DNA from: an uncultured Candidatus Saccharibacteria bacterium
Lineage (GTDB): Bacteria; Patescibacteriota; Minisyncoccia; UBA6257; 2-01-FULL-56-20
Assembly (NCBI GenBank): GCA_964361595.1
Contig: CAYIAX010000001.1
Location: forward strand, 98,128 to 162,127
Length of the DNA stretch: 64,000 nt
Direction of reading: 5' to 3'
Shown here: positions 9,785 to 18,293 of the stretch, piece by piece
Position numbering within the stretch: the first letter of the stretch is position 1
How the letters are laid out: the number at the start of each line of letters is the position of its first letter
The notes under the pieces: model-generated
Told to the model about the DNA's origin: nothing
Seen by the model: only the letters and a program-made list of their open reading frames with translations
Databases searched by the model: none
Program-made: the position numbers and the translations under genes

Positions 9785-11197
9785 ATGATAACTCCCGAGG
9801 AGCGCGACCGGGAACGAGCTCTTTTTGATGCCGAGCGCAAACGCGTGCCGGAACTTTTTGAACGGGCGCCGATGACGGATAGCCCCGAATTTTTGCGCTG
9901 GATCGGTATTGAAGAATCTGACGTAAAATTGCCTTTGGGCTACTTAAAATACATGCCGCAAGATTTCATTGTGGAAGAAATCTTGCCTAGCGAAGAAACT
10001 ATCACCGCGGAACCAGGTTCGGCCGAGCCGAATTTAACTGCCGAAGGGCTTACATACTATGCCGACCTGGTGAAATTAGGCGTAGATACGCTCGCGGCCA
10101 AACATGAACTCGCGCACGTTCTGGGCATTGATGAAAAGGGCGTGAGTTATGCGGGGATCAAGGATCGTTTGGCTTTGACCGCCCAGCGGTTGAGCATTCG
10201 CGGGCTCGAGGATCCGCAGAAGTTCGCCGCCGTAAACGCCGAGAATTTTTTCTTGAAGAATATTGTCCGCGGCAAAGGCGCGATCGCAAACGGCGACTTG
10301 AAGGGTAACCGCTTCATTATTACTGTCCGCACCGATCATGTGTTGAGCGCAGAGGAAAAAGAGCGCATCAAAACCAAGGCGGAAGAATTGAAAACAGACG
10401 GCTTTTGGAATTTTTTCCACTTCCAGCGTTTCGGCACGCCGCGGCTTTTAAGCCACTGGCTGGGGCTTTTGCTTTTAAAAGGCGAGTATGAAGAGACGGT
10501 AAAAACTTTTATCACTTATCCCACCGCGCGTGAGCTGCCGTATTTCAAGAAAATCCGCGAGGAGCTTTTGCCGCTCTGGGGCAATTGGTCGGCGCTCAAG
10601 GAGAAGCTTGATCAGTTTCCGTATCATTTTCAGCACGAGCGCGCCTTTGTCGATCATCTATTAAAATCTCCTGGCGATTTCTTGGGCGCACTTAAAGAAT
10701 TGCCGGACCAGATCCGGCTATGGATGTATGCCTATGATTGTTTTCTTTTTAATCGCAAACTGTCGAGTTTGATCAAGGAAGGCGAAGTGCCGATGCGCTT
10801 GCCGCTTGTAACATCCTTTAATCCCAAAGATTGGGAACCGTATCTTTCTTATTTGGAAGCCGACAAGGTGAAATTGCCAAGCGGTTCCTATCGAGATTTT
10901 CCGTTTATTCGCGTGGAGTCGCGCGCCTGGCCCACCCTGCAAAAAGTGGAAATTCACAGCGTGGAATTTGCGGAATCAGCCGTAGTTTTCGCTTTTTCGC
11001 TGCCCAAGGGATCATATGCTACGGCGTTTCTCGCGAACTTTTTCACGCTTGTTTCCGGTTTGCCCGCGCCCGCGGGCATTTGGACAGGAAGCCTGGATGC
11101 AAAAGAAGTGGCCGGCTTGGGCACGCTAGAGCACGTGCTTTCGCGCTTCAAAACCGTGCTGGAACGCCGCGAGAGCGATCTGGCCGCAGCGGAATAA
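9785..11197 (+). CDS. truD: tRNA pseudouridine(13) synthase TruD
   Basis: 470 aa. TruD motifs YMPQDFIVEEI (F.V.E) and GIKDRLALTAQ (catalytic Asp in G.KD..A.T.Q) are present. Confidence 0.8.
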   Translation: MITPEERDRERALFDAERKRVPELFERAPMTDSPEFLRWIGIEESDVKLPLGYLKYMPQDFIVEEILPSEETITAEPGSAEPNLTAEGLTYYADLVKLGVDTLAAKHELAHVLGIDEKGVSYAGIKDRLALTAQRLSIRGLEDPQKFAAVNAENFFLKNIVRGKGAIANGDLKGNRFIITVRTDHVLSAEEKERIKTKAEELKTDGFWNFFHFQRFGTPRLLSHWLGLLLLKGEYEETVKTFITYPTARELPYFKKIREELLPLWGNWSALKEKLDQFPYHFQHERAFVDHLLKSPGDFLGALKELPDQIRLWMYAYDCFLFNRKLSSLIKEGEVPMRLPLVTSFNPKDWEPYLSYLEADKVKLPSGSYRDFPFIRVESRAWPTLQKVEIHSVEFAESAVVFAFSLPKGSYATAFLANFFTLVSGLPAPAGIWTGSLDAKEVAGLGTLEHVLSRFKTVLERRESDLAAAE

Positions 11198-11357
11198 TTT
11201 TAAAATTCTTCGCATCAAACTTGTGAACCGCTATGCTATAGCATAGCGGTCAAAAAACGGCGAATTTTCGGGAATAATTTTAAGAACAAAAAAACCCGCC
11301 ACATGTGTGACGAGTCCGCGCACCTCCTTTCCGGGTGAACGTTGTTAATGATTGCAG

Positions 11358-12134
11358 CTAAACCTGGTGAGGTTCAGCCGCCCAATCTCCGTGAGCGAAG
11401 CGAAGGTCGTAGTGCGGCACAGCGTCGGGTTGACGCTCGCCGCAGTTAACGGTATGGGAACAGATCCCGTTCGCGCCAACGGGGTTGGCGAAAACGTCCA
11501 CGTTGCCGAACGTGGTCGGCAGATGCCGAATCAGCCATGGCAGGCTCGAGGCGTCCACGGGCTTGCGCTCGAGACCTTTCGAGAACTCCATGACAAGTCG
11601 CATTGGCGGCTTCCAGGACCGGTCCAGGATGTGGAGCCCGGTCAGCTGGAACCCTGCTTCCGCGAGGTCGACGATGAGGAGCATGATGCTCGCCATCGTG
11701 AGCCCCTTTTTTTCCTCGTCGGTGAGCGGCGTAACGAAAACCGGGGTTCCCGAGTCGACTGATTCCGGCAGGTTCGTGCGGTCGCCGCGGCGCTCACGCA
11801 CCGCCAACGGATTGCGGCCGAGCGACTTGGCCTGCGCCTCGTGCTCGGCGCGCAGTTCCTCCGCACGTTCTTCCGTGCGGTAGGAGACGTGAATCCCGCT
11901 CCGCAACCAGTCCCGCTCTTCCCGACGTGGGATGTTGATTTTCATCAACACCACGTTGGGACGAGGCGCAGGGGCCCACAGGTGTTTATTGACGTGCACC
12001 TGACAGGGCTCGAGGTTCCGACAACGCGCCATGGCCCCTTCCTTCGCTCCCGCCGGAGCCCCTACGCCTGCTGTGCAGGCGTACAGAAACTCCACTACCT
12101 GTTGTTCCATACTTGGCCGCCTCCTGACGGCCAT
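11358..12134 (-). CDS. Hypothetical protein in a GC-rich (~62%) island
   Basis: 258 aa, with GC well above the window average and no assignable domain. Antisense ORFs in the same stretch are treated as shadow ORFs. Confidence 0.4.
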   Translation of the reverse strand: MAVRRRPSMEQQVVEFLYACTAGVGAPAGAKEGAMARCRNLEPCQVHVNKHLWAPAPRPNVVLMKINIPRREERDWLRSGIHVSYRTEERAEELRAEHEAQAKSLGRNPLAVRERRGDRTNLPESVDSGTPVFVTPLTDEEKKGLTMASIMLLIVDLAEAGFQLTGLHILDRSWKPPMRLVMEFSKGLERKPVDASSLPWLIRHLPTTFGNVDVFANPVGANGICSHTVNCGERQPDAVPHYDLRFAHGDWAAEPHQV

Positions 12135-12274
12135 TTTAAAAAGCTGCTTACATTATACCAAATCCACATAATATGTCAAACGAAATTGCACGGCTCGAGA
12201 ATTTGACTTTTTTTAAAAAATCTGGTAGATTGGGCGAAGCTCAAATCGTCCTGGGTTGAAGTTTTTTTGACGAG

Positions 12275-13003
12275 GTGAAAAAAATGAAAAACAGTTTGCA
12301 GCTCACCGCGCTCCTGTGCGTGGTACTGCTTTTGGCCCCGATGTTTCCGTTGCCGGCCGTGGCCGCCGACGTCCCCGCTTGTCGTGTCGGTTCTAATCCG
12401 GTCGCTCCCGAGAAAGACGTCGACTGGGGTTCCGAGTGCATTGTCATGCTCAAGGAACCACGCGCGATCCAAACATATCAGCGCGGGGGGAAACCGGGCA
12501 GGACGTGTACCTTGGGGCTCGCCGATATTCTCGTGGTGGACAAAACCACGGGGAAGTTGAAGCGGGTTTTGGGTTGCAACAACCCACCCACGCCCGAGTA
12601 CGCGGCGTGGATTCCGGAGGGGAAAAAGATTTGCCAAAATCAGCCCTCGCCGGTGCCGCCGGGCACGCCAGCCGCACACATGCCCAAGATTCCGACCGCG
12701 TATTCTATCACGCACCTCGGGGAGGTGCGCGTGATTAACGAGGTCGACTTCAAAAATTCGCTCCAGGTCGAACTCGGCCCGACCACACTCCGCGCGATCG
12801 ACTCGTTGGCCGAGACATACAGGAAGGGTCATGAGAAGCGCGGCCTCTCGACCGGCGCGAAAGCGGGGATTGGCGCCGGCCTCGCAGCTCTTGTCGGTGG
12901 CATCGTGTATGCTGCTACCCGAGGCAAGGGGAGCAACACGACCAACATCTACAATCAGAACCCGCCCGGAGGCACACCGCCTCGTCCGCCGGGCAACAAC
13001 TGA
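12275..13003 (+). CDS. Hypothetical secreted protein with a C-terminal hydrophobic anchor (GC-rich island)
   Basis: N-terminal signal peptide (MKKMKNSLQLTALLCVVLLLAPMFPLPAVAA), several Cys, a C-terminal GIGAGLAALVGGIVYAA segment, and a Pro-rich tail. Confidence 0.5.
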   Translation: MKKMKNSLQLTALLCVVLLLAPMFPLPAVAADVPACRVGSNPVAPEKDVDWGSECIVMLKEPRAIQTYQRGGKPGRTCTLGLADILVVDKTTGKLKRVLGCNNPPTPEYAAWIPEGKKICQNQPSPVPPGTPAAHMPKIPTAYSITHLGEVRVINEVDFKNSLQVELGPTTLRAIDSLAETYRKGHEKRGLSTGAKAGIGAGLAALVGGIVYAATRGKGSNTTNIYNQNPPGGTPPRPPGNN

Positions 13004-13023
13004 TTAGCGGCGGAAAGAGTTTA

Positions 13024-13070
13024 GTCCGCGCGGCGTCACACAATGTGCACGCCGCTTTTTATTTTCATTT
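13024..13070 (+). terminator. Rho-independent terminator of 12275-13003, with the hairpin GCGGCGT...ACGCCGC followed by TTTTTATTTT
   Basis: A 7-bp GC stem followed by a T-run. Confidence 0.55.
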
Positions 13071-13195
13071 ACCAGAATATCTCGCCGCTTTGCGGCGAGT
13101 CATAAATAGCAGAGTGAAAATAACCCTGAGCCGAGTCGAAGGGTTACTATGCGTAGATACCGTAGCGCTTGCGGTGCTATAATTTATTTTCGCGA
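13046..13195 (+). ncRNA. Copy 1 of a two-copy structured element (candidate ncRNA or cis-RNA). Its paralog is at 45712-45885.
   Basis: About 80% identical to 45712-45885. The shared stems are ttattttca/gtgaaaataa and aaccct/agggtt, the latter with a variable loop. There is a terminal GC hairpin around cgcttgcgg. Confidence 0.4.
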
Positions 13196-13411
13196 AGCAA
13201 AAATATCTCGCTTGTCCGCCGTAACTTTAGTGAAGGCGGGAGCATTGTCGAGGGATTTCCTTGGAAGCGAAAATATTCAACGTCCGATGTCCCCGATATG
13301 TAATTTTTTGACATCGGATGCCCATGCGCTCGGAAGAATTTTGATTTTAGCGGACTTGACATTGTGCAATTCCGGTTTGGCCGACTTGACAAGGGTGGGG
13401 AAAGCCTACTA

Positions 13412-13440
13412 TTGACATGTTGCGGACAGTATGATAAGAT
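13412..13440 (+). promoter_or_regulatory. Sigma70-like promoter of the giant surface protein. TTGACA is followed by a 17-nt spacer and TAAGAT. Two further TTGACA boxes lie just upstream.
   Basis: TTGACA at 13412-13417 and TAAGAT at 13435-13440. Confidence 0.45.
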
Positions 13441-13447
13441 AATCGCC

Positions 13448-16400
13448 ATGCAAAATACTAATCGAAAGTTTGGAGTTTTATTTCTAACAGTCGCGACTTT
13501 GAGCCAGTTTGTTTTTCCCGGGCAGATTTTTGCCGACTGGACATCATTGAACACTGACCCCTTAGATTATCAGGCGCTACAGGCGTCGAATTCTGCGACT
13601 GACCCGGGCTGCAGCACATGCTGGTCAACAAGCGTGGCCGGCGCCGCGCCTGGCGAGCAGGTAAGTTTCCTTTTCTATTATCACAACTCGGGCGAGGTAA
13701 CCGCGGAGAATTTGCGCGTTACCATCGATTTTTGGGGCGACAGCCAGAACCTCACCGGTTCGGGCTTAATCTCCGCCGATAACGCTTCACCGGCTTTCGG
13801 CAGCGCGGTCATCCATGCCGTTCCAGGAGTGGAAAATCTCGGCCTTACTTTTGCCTACGGCAAATGGTATCCGAACCGCGACCAAGGCCCGGTGCCGGTC
13901 TCGAACAGCGGCACGGACACGAATGTTGCGGTAAATATCGGCAATATCGAACCCGGATGGAATACAGCCGGTTTCGTGGTTTTGGTTTTTAATGTTACCG
14001 GCAACGCAACCGGTGGCGGAGGCGGCGGAGGCGGAACTCCGGAAGGACAAATCTATGCGAGTCCGAATCCCTGCACCGCGACTGCGGGCCAGCAACTTTG
14101 CACAACTTATCTTACTTGGTCCACGACTAATGCCGCGAACGCCGAAGTTTGGGTTTCCGAAAACGGCGGCCCGGAAGTTTTGAACGCCAGGCTACCGTCG
14201 TGTTCGGACACACAGTGCGCGGCAAGCTGGATTCAGGCCGGGCACACTTACGAGTTTACTTTGTATGACAATGTAAATGGAGTGAAAAATCAGTTGAGTT
14301 CCATTAGCGTCCAAGGCATCAGCGAAGTAAGGCAGCTCACGCTCGGTTACTCAATTCTTAAGTCAACTTATAACGTTGGCGAATATCCAACGTTTGTTTT
14401 AACCGGTTTACCCGCGAGCCAAACGGTTACCGTGGCTTTCTATTCTACGGGGCCGAACGGCAGGGGCTGCAGCGGCGTTGGCCCCGCCTGCGTAAAGAGC
14501 ATCAATGTGGATGCAAGCGGCAGAGGCATGATCAATGGCGGTCTCTTTGTAACGGAAGACGCGGGTTCTTGGAATTCTTATTACACCTTTGAGGGACAGC
14601 AAGCGAACACGATTTTCTACGCAGTCACGTCGCCGGTTGTACCGGCGGCGACGCTTGCGATCAATCCCACGACAAACTCCGTGGCAGTTGGCAGCGTTGC
14701 CGCTTTTACGGCAATTTATGATCCCGATGGCGCTGGATCACAAACTCCGCAAAATGTTACGGCCGCGGCCGCTTGGTCTTCGGCTAATCCTGCGGTTGCA
14801 ACTTCCTTAGGCACCGGGCAATTCCGCGGCGTCTCGGCTGGCACGACACAAGTGACTGCTGTTTATGCCGGAATTACGGCGACGGCTTCGCTTACGGTTA
14901 CCGGAGTTGGCTGTACGAATCCGCAACCCACGCTCAATATCACGCCTCCCAGCGCGTCGGTTAGCGTAAACAATACGACTGGCTTTATGGCGATCTACGA
15001 TTCGGACGGCCCGGCCTGTTCGCAGCCCACGCAAGACGTGACAGCGAGCGCGGCTTGGACATCGGCGAATCCTTCGATTGCGTCCGCTTTGGGCAATGGC
15101 CAGTTCCGCGGCGTCGCAGGGGGCTCGACCCAAATCACCGCGAGCTACGGCGGTTTGGTTGCTACCGCGACCTTAAACGTAACTGTAATTCAAAATCCGA
15201 CGCTCACGATTATTCCTGATTCGGCGACTGTTGAAGCTAACGGCACGATGCAATTTGTCGCCCTCTTCGATCCGGACGGCTCCGGCTCGCAAGGCGCGCA
15301 GGATGTCTCGGCCTCTGCCGCTTGGTCTTCGTCCAATTCGGCAATCGCCGCCTCTTTGGGCAGTGGACGTTTCCGCGGCGCTGCCGCGGGCGGCGTAACC
15401 GTGACTGCGACTTACAGCGGGGCTACGGATACAGCCCAGCTTACTGTAACCGCTCCTCCTTGCACTGGCGCTTCGACCCTTGCGATCAATCCCGCAAATG
15501 CTTCTTTAAATGTTGGCCAGACTACGAGCTTCACGGCAGTTTACGATCCGGACGGTGCGGCTTGCCCGCAACCGGCCCAGGACGTTACGGGGAGCGCGAC
15601 TTTCACTTCTTCGAACCAATCCGTGCTGCAGCAAGTTGGTAGCGGACAATTCCGCGCGATTGCGGCCGGAACTGCCATTGTTACCGTTGTTTACCAGGGA
15701 GTTGCGGCCACGGCGGTCGTAACCGTAACCGGCGTGCAGAACCCGACTTTGACGATTGTACCTTCTACGCAAAGCGTGCCGGTTAATCAGACGACTAACT
15801 TTGTCGCCCTCTTCGACCCCGATGGAACTGGTTCGCAGGGCGTGCAGGACGTAACCGCTTCGGCTGTTTGGACTTCGTCCAATTCTTCAGTCGCAGCTTC
15901 TTTGGGCGCTGGCCGCTTCCGTGGCGTTACCGGTGGAAGTGTAACGATCACTGCGACTTTTGACGGCGCGACCGGTACGGCAAATTTGACCGTAACCGGA
16001 ACGCAGAATGCGACGCTCACAATTCTTCCGCAGACTTTGACGATTAATGTTAACCAGATTGGTACTTTCGTTGCGCTCTTTGATCCGGACGGATCCGGCG
16101 CGCAAGGCACGCAGGATGTTACCGCTTCGGCGGCCTGGACATCTTCGAATCCTTCGGTTGCGGTTGCTTTGAGCAACGGCCAGTTCCGCGGCGTTACGAA
16201 CGGCACTGTAACCGTAACCGCTACCTATAGCGGCACAACCGCTACGGCTACATTGATTATTTCGGGCACCGGCTGTGCAAGCGGAACGGGCACGCCCAGT
16301 TTAACGATTATTCCGGCTTCAAATTCAATTAACGCAAACCAAACCATCAGCTTCATCGCGCTCTATGATTCGGACGGCGCAAGCTGCCCCCAGGGCACGC

Positions 16401-18109
16401 AGGATGTAACCTCGCAAGCCGGCTGGAGTTCGAGTAACCAGAGCATCGCGGTGCAGGTTGGCGCGGGACAATTCCGCGGCCTGCAGCCTGGCACGGTAAC
16501 GATCACCGCTTTCTACGGCGGCGCAACCGCCACGGCCAGCTTGACCATTACGGGCACCGGCAACGCTCCCTTCGCGCAAACTTTAGCGGCCACGAATATC
16601 ACGCAGAACTCGGCTGCCTTGAACGGAACGGTGAATCCGAACGGAGCCTCGACTAATTACTACTTCGAATACGGCACGACTGCTTCCTTGGGCCAAGTTA
16701 CGGCTACGGCTACCCTGGGCGGCGGCTCGGTTGCACAAAACATTTTGGCTTTCGTTTCAGGCCTGGCGCCGAACGCGACTTATTTCTTCCGGATCGTAGC
16801 GACGAACAGCTTCGGCACATCGCAGGGCACGATCCTGACTTTCTCGACCGGCACGACCGGCGGCGTTACGGTGCCCACCGTAGTCACGCTTTCGGCCACG
16901 GTTACTTCGCAAACTTCGGCAACCTTGAACGGCCAAGTGAACCCGAATGGTTCGAATGCGCAAGCTTGGTTCGAATACGGCGTGAGCCCCTCGCTCCTTA
17001 ACTTCTCGACGAACGTTACAAACGTAGGCAGCGGCAGTTCCTTCACTAACTTCTCGCAATTCGTTTCGAATCTCCAGCCCGGTACGATTTACTACTACCG
17101 CGCGGTGGCTTCGAATGCTTTTGGCACAAGCCAGGGCCAGGTGCTTACCTTCGTAACCTCGGGTACGGGCGGCGGCACGGCGCCGACGGTGGTAACGCGC
17201 GTTGCGCAATTCGTTTCCAGGAACTCCGCGCTCTTGAACGGCGATGTGAATCCGAATGGCGGACTCACGACCGCCTGGTTCGAGTACGGCGCGACCGTTT
17301 CCTTGGGCTTGCGCACGGTGCCCTTGCCGATGGGTTCGGGTAATGGCGTCCAGCCGCTTTCGGCGGCCGTGACCGGCCTTTTGCCTAATACAACTTATTA
17401 CTTCCGCGCGGTTGCCCAGAATCAATTCGGCACTTCGCAAGGAGCGATTCTTACCTTCCGCACTCTCAATGGAACGACTGGCGGCGGAGGCGGCACGGTG
17501 ATCGTGCGGCCAGTGGCGACCACGACCGGAACGGCTTTAACCTGTATCACTTTGGTCCCGACCTTGAATGTTTCTGAACTTATCCCCGGACGTGAGTTCA
17601 CTTACACCGCGACTTACCGGAACGGCTGTGCCTTTGACCTCATGAATGCGGTCTTAAAGGTGGTCATGCCTGTCGAAACGGATTTCCTTTCGACGAGCTT
17701 CCCCAATTACACGCAAGATGGCCCGACTTTGACATTTACGCTCGGTCGGATTGCCCAAAACGTGGAAGTGGCGGTTAACATCCGCGGCCGCGTCAAGGAT
17801 TTCGCCAAGGAAGGGGATAATCTAATCTTCTCGGCGATTCTTACCTTCAACGACAACCGCAATGCTTTCCAGTCTATCATCGCTTACCTTACTGGTATCG
17901 TGAATGAACCGGGCACGGAAGTGGCGGGAGTGCAGGCGGAAGCCACAAGCACCTTGAGCGCAACGGTGAGCGACGCCTTCAAAGATATTTTGGGCAGCTG
18001 GATCTTCTGGCTTTTCCTCATCCTCCTTATTCTCTTCCTGATCTTCTGGTTCTTATTCCGCCGGCGTGAAGAGGAAGCGAGCGTCCGGAATATCCGCGTG
18101 GAATCCTAG
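13448..18109 (+). CDS. Giant cell-surface protein with a signal peptide, nine tandem Big_2 (bacterial Ig-like) domains, four FN3-like repeats, a DUF11-like domain and a C-terminal TM anchor
   Basis: About 1,550 aa. Repeat units of the form ...AAW(S/T)SSN..(A/V)A..LG.G(Q/R)FRG...G...(V/I)TA.Y.G..(A/G)TA.L(T/N)VTG. The FN3-like units read NYYFEYG...YFFR.VA.N.FGTSQG. The tail is FWLFLILLILFLIFWFLFRRREE. The Met at 13448 is chosen because the signal peptide follows it. Confidence 0.85.
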   Translation: MQNTNRKFGVLFLTVATLSQFVFPGQIFADWTSLNTDPLDYQALQASNSATDPGCSTCWSTSVAGAAPGEQVSFLFYYHNSGEVTAENLRVTIDFWGDSQNLTGSGLISADNASPAFGSAVIHAVPGVENLGLTFAYGKWYPNRDQGPVPVSNSGTDTNVAVNIGNIEPGWNTAGFVVLVFNVTGNATGGGGGGGGTPEGQIYASPNPCTATAGQQLCTTYLTWSTTNAANAEVWVSENGGPEVLNARLPSCSDTQCAASWIQAGHTYEFTLYDNVNGVKNQLSSISVQGISEVRQLTLGYSILKSTYNVGEYPTFVLTGLPASQTVTVAFYSTGPNGRGCSGVGPACVKSINVDASGRGMINGGLFVTEDAGSWNSYYTFEGQQANTIFYAVTSPVVPAATLAINPTTNSVAVGSVAAFTAIYDPDGAGSQTPQNVTAAAAWSSANPAVATSLGTGQFRGVSAGTTQVTAVYAGITATASLTVTGVGCTNPQPTLNITPPSASVSVNNTTGFMAIYDSDGPACSQPTQDVTASAAWTSANPSIASALGNGQFRGVAGGSTQITASYGGLVATATLNVTVIQNPTLTIIPDSATVEANGTMQFVALFDPDGSGSQGAQDVSASAAWSSSNSAIAASLGSGRFRGAAAGGVTVTATYSGATDTAQLTVTAPPCTGASTLAINPANASLNVGQTTSFTAVYDPDGAACPQPAQDVTGSATFTSSNQSVLQQVGSGQFRAIAAGTAIVTVVYQGVAATAVVTVTGVQNPTLTIVPSTQSVPVNQTTNFVALFDPDGTGSQGVQDVTASAVWTSSNSSVAASLGAGRFRGVTGGSVTITATFDGATGTANLTVTGTQNATLTILPQTLTINVNQIGTFVALFDPDGSGAQGTQDVTASAAWTSSNPSVAVALSNGQFRGVTNGTVTVTATYSGTTATATLIISGTGCASGTGTPSLTIIPASNSINANQTISFIALYDSDGASCPQGTQDVTSQAGWSSSNQSIAVQVGAGQFRGLQPGTVTITAFYGGATATASLTITGTGNAPFAQTLAATNITQNSAALNGTVNPNGASTNYYFEYGTTASLGQVTATATLGGGSVAQNILAFVSGLAPNATYFFRIVATNSFGTSQGTILTFSTGTTGGVTVPTVVTLSATVTSQTSATLNGQVNPNGSNAQAWFEYGVSPSLLNFSTNVTNVGSGSSFTNFSQFVSNLQPGTIYYYRAVASNAFGTSQGQVLTFVTSGTGGGTAPTVVTRVAQFVSRNSALLNGDVNPNGGLTTAWFEYGATVSLGLRTVPLPMGSGNGVQPLSAAVTGLLPNTTYYFRAVAQNQFGTSQGAILTFRTLNGTTGGGGGTVIVRPVATTTGTALTCITLVPTLNVSELIPGREFTYTATYRNGCAFDLMNAVLKVVMPVETDFLSTSFPNYTQDGPTLTFTLGRIAQNVEVAVNIRGRVKDFAKEGDNLIFSAILTFNDNRNAFQSIIAYLTGIVNEPGTEVAGVQAEATSTLSATVSDAFKDILGSWIFWLFLILLILFLIFWFLFRRREEEASVRNIRVES
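14650..16565 (+). repeat. Tandem ~210-nt coding repeats (nine copies) that encode the Big_2 domains
   Basis: Near-identical blocks recur, for example ttccgcggcg...accgtaaccgg and gatccggacgg. Confidence 0.8.
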
Positions 18110-18171
18110 TCAAAGCGCGGACAATCGCAGACTAGACACGGGGACAGTCGCGGAAAGTAAACAACACCAAA

Positions 18172-18198
18172 AAGCCCCTTAAAATGGGGCTTTTTTTG
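18172..18198 (+). terminator. Rho-independent terminator. The stem GCCCC/GGGGC has a 7-nt loop and is followed by T7.
   Basis: aaagcccctTAAAATggggcttttttt. Confidence 0.8.
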
Positions 18199-18243
18199 GC
18201 GATTCTGCATTGCCCACACTTAGCGGGAAATGGGTACAGAGAT

Positions 18244-18272
18244 TTGCTTATCCTGTTGGATTATGGTATAAT
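18244..18272 (+). promoter_or_regulatory. Promoter with an extended -10 element. TTGCTT is followed by a 17-nt spacer and TGgTATAAT.
   Basis: TTGCTT at 18244-18249, TG at 18264-18265, TATAAT at 18267-18272. The ATG is at 18294. Confidence 0.55.
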
Positions 18273-18293
18273 ATAAATTGTTATACTTAGAAC

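Noticed and set aside
12176-12832. 218-aa minus-strand ORF overlapping the secreted-protein gene at 12275-13003
   Set aside because: High-GC DNA generates long open frames on both strands. The plus-strand ORF has a signal peptide and its own terminator, so the minus ORF is treated as a shadow.
14807-17440. Minus-strand ORFs of 100-230 aa inside the giant surface-protein gene (15787-16206, 16757-17440, etc.)
   Set aside because: They are antisense to a repetitive, well-supported coding region and have an Arg/Ala-rich composition typical of shadow frames.
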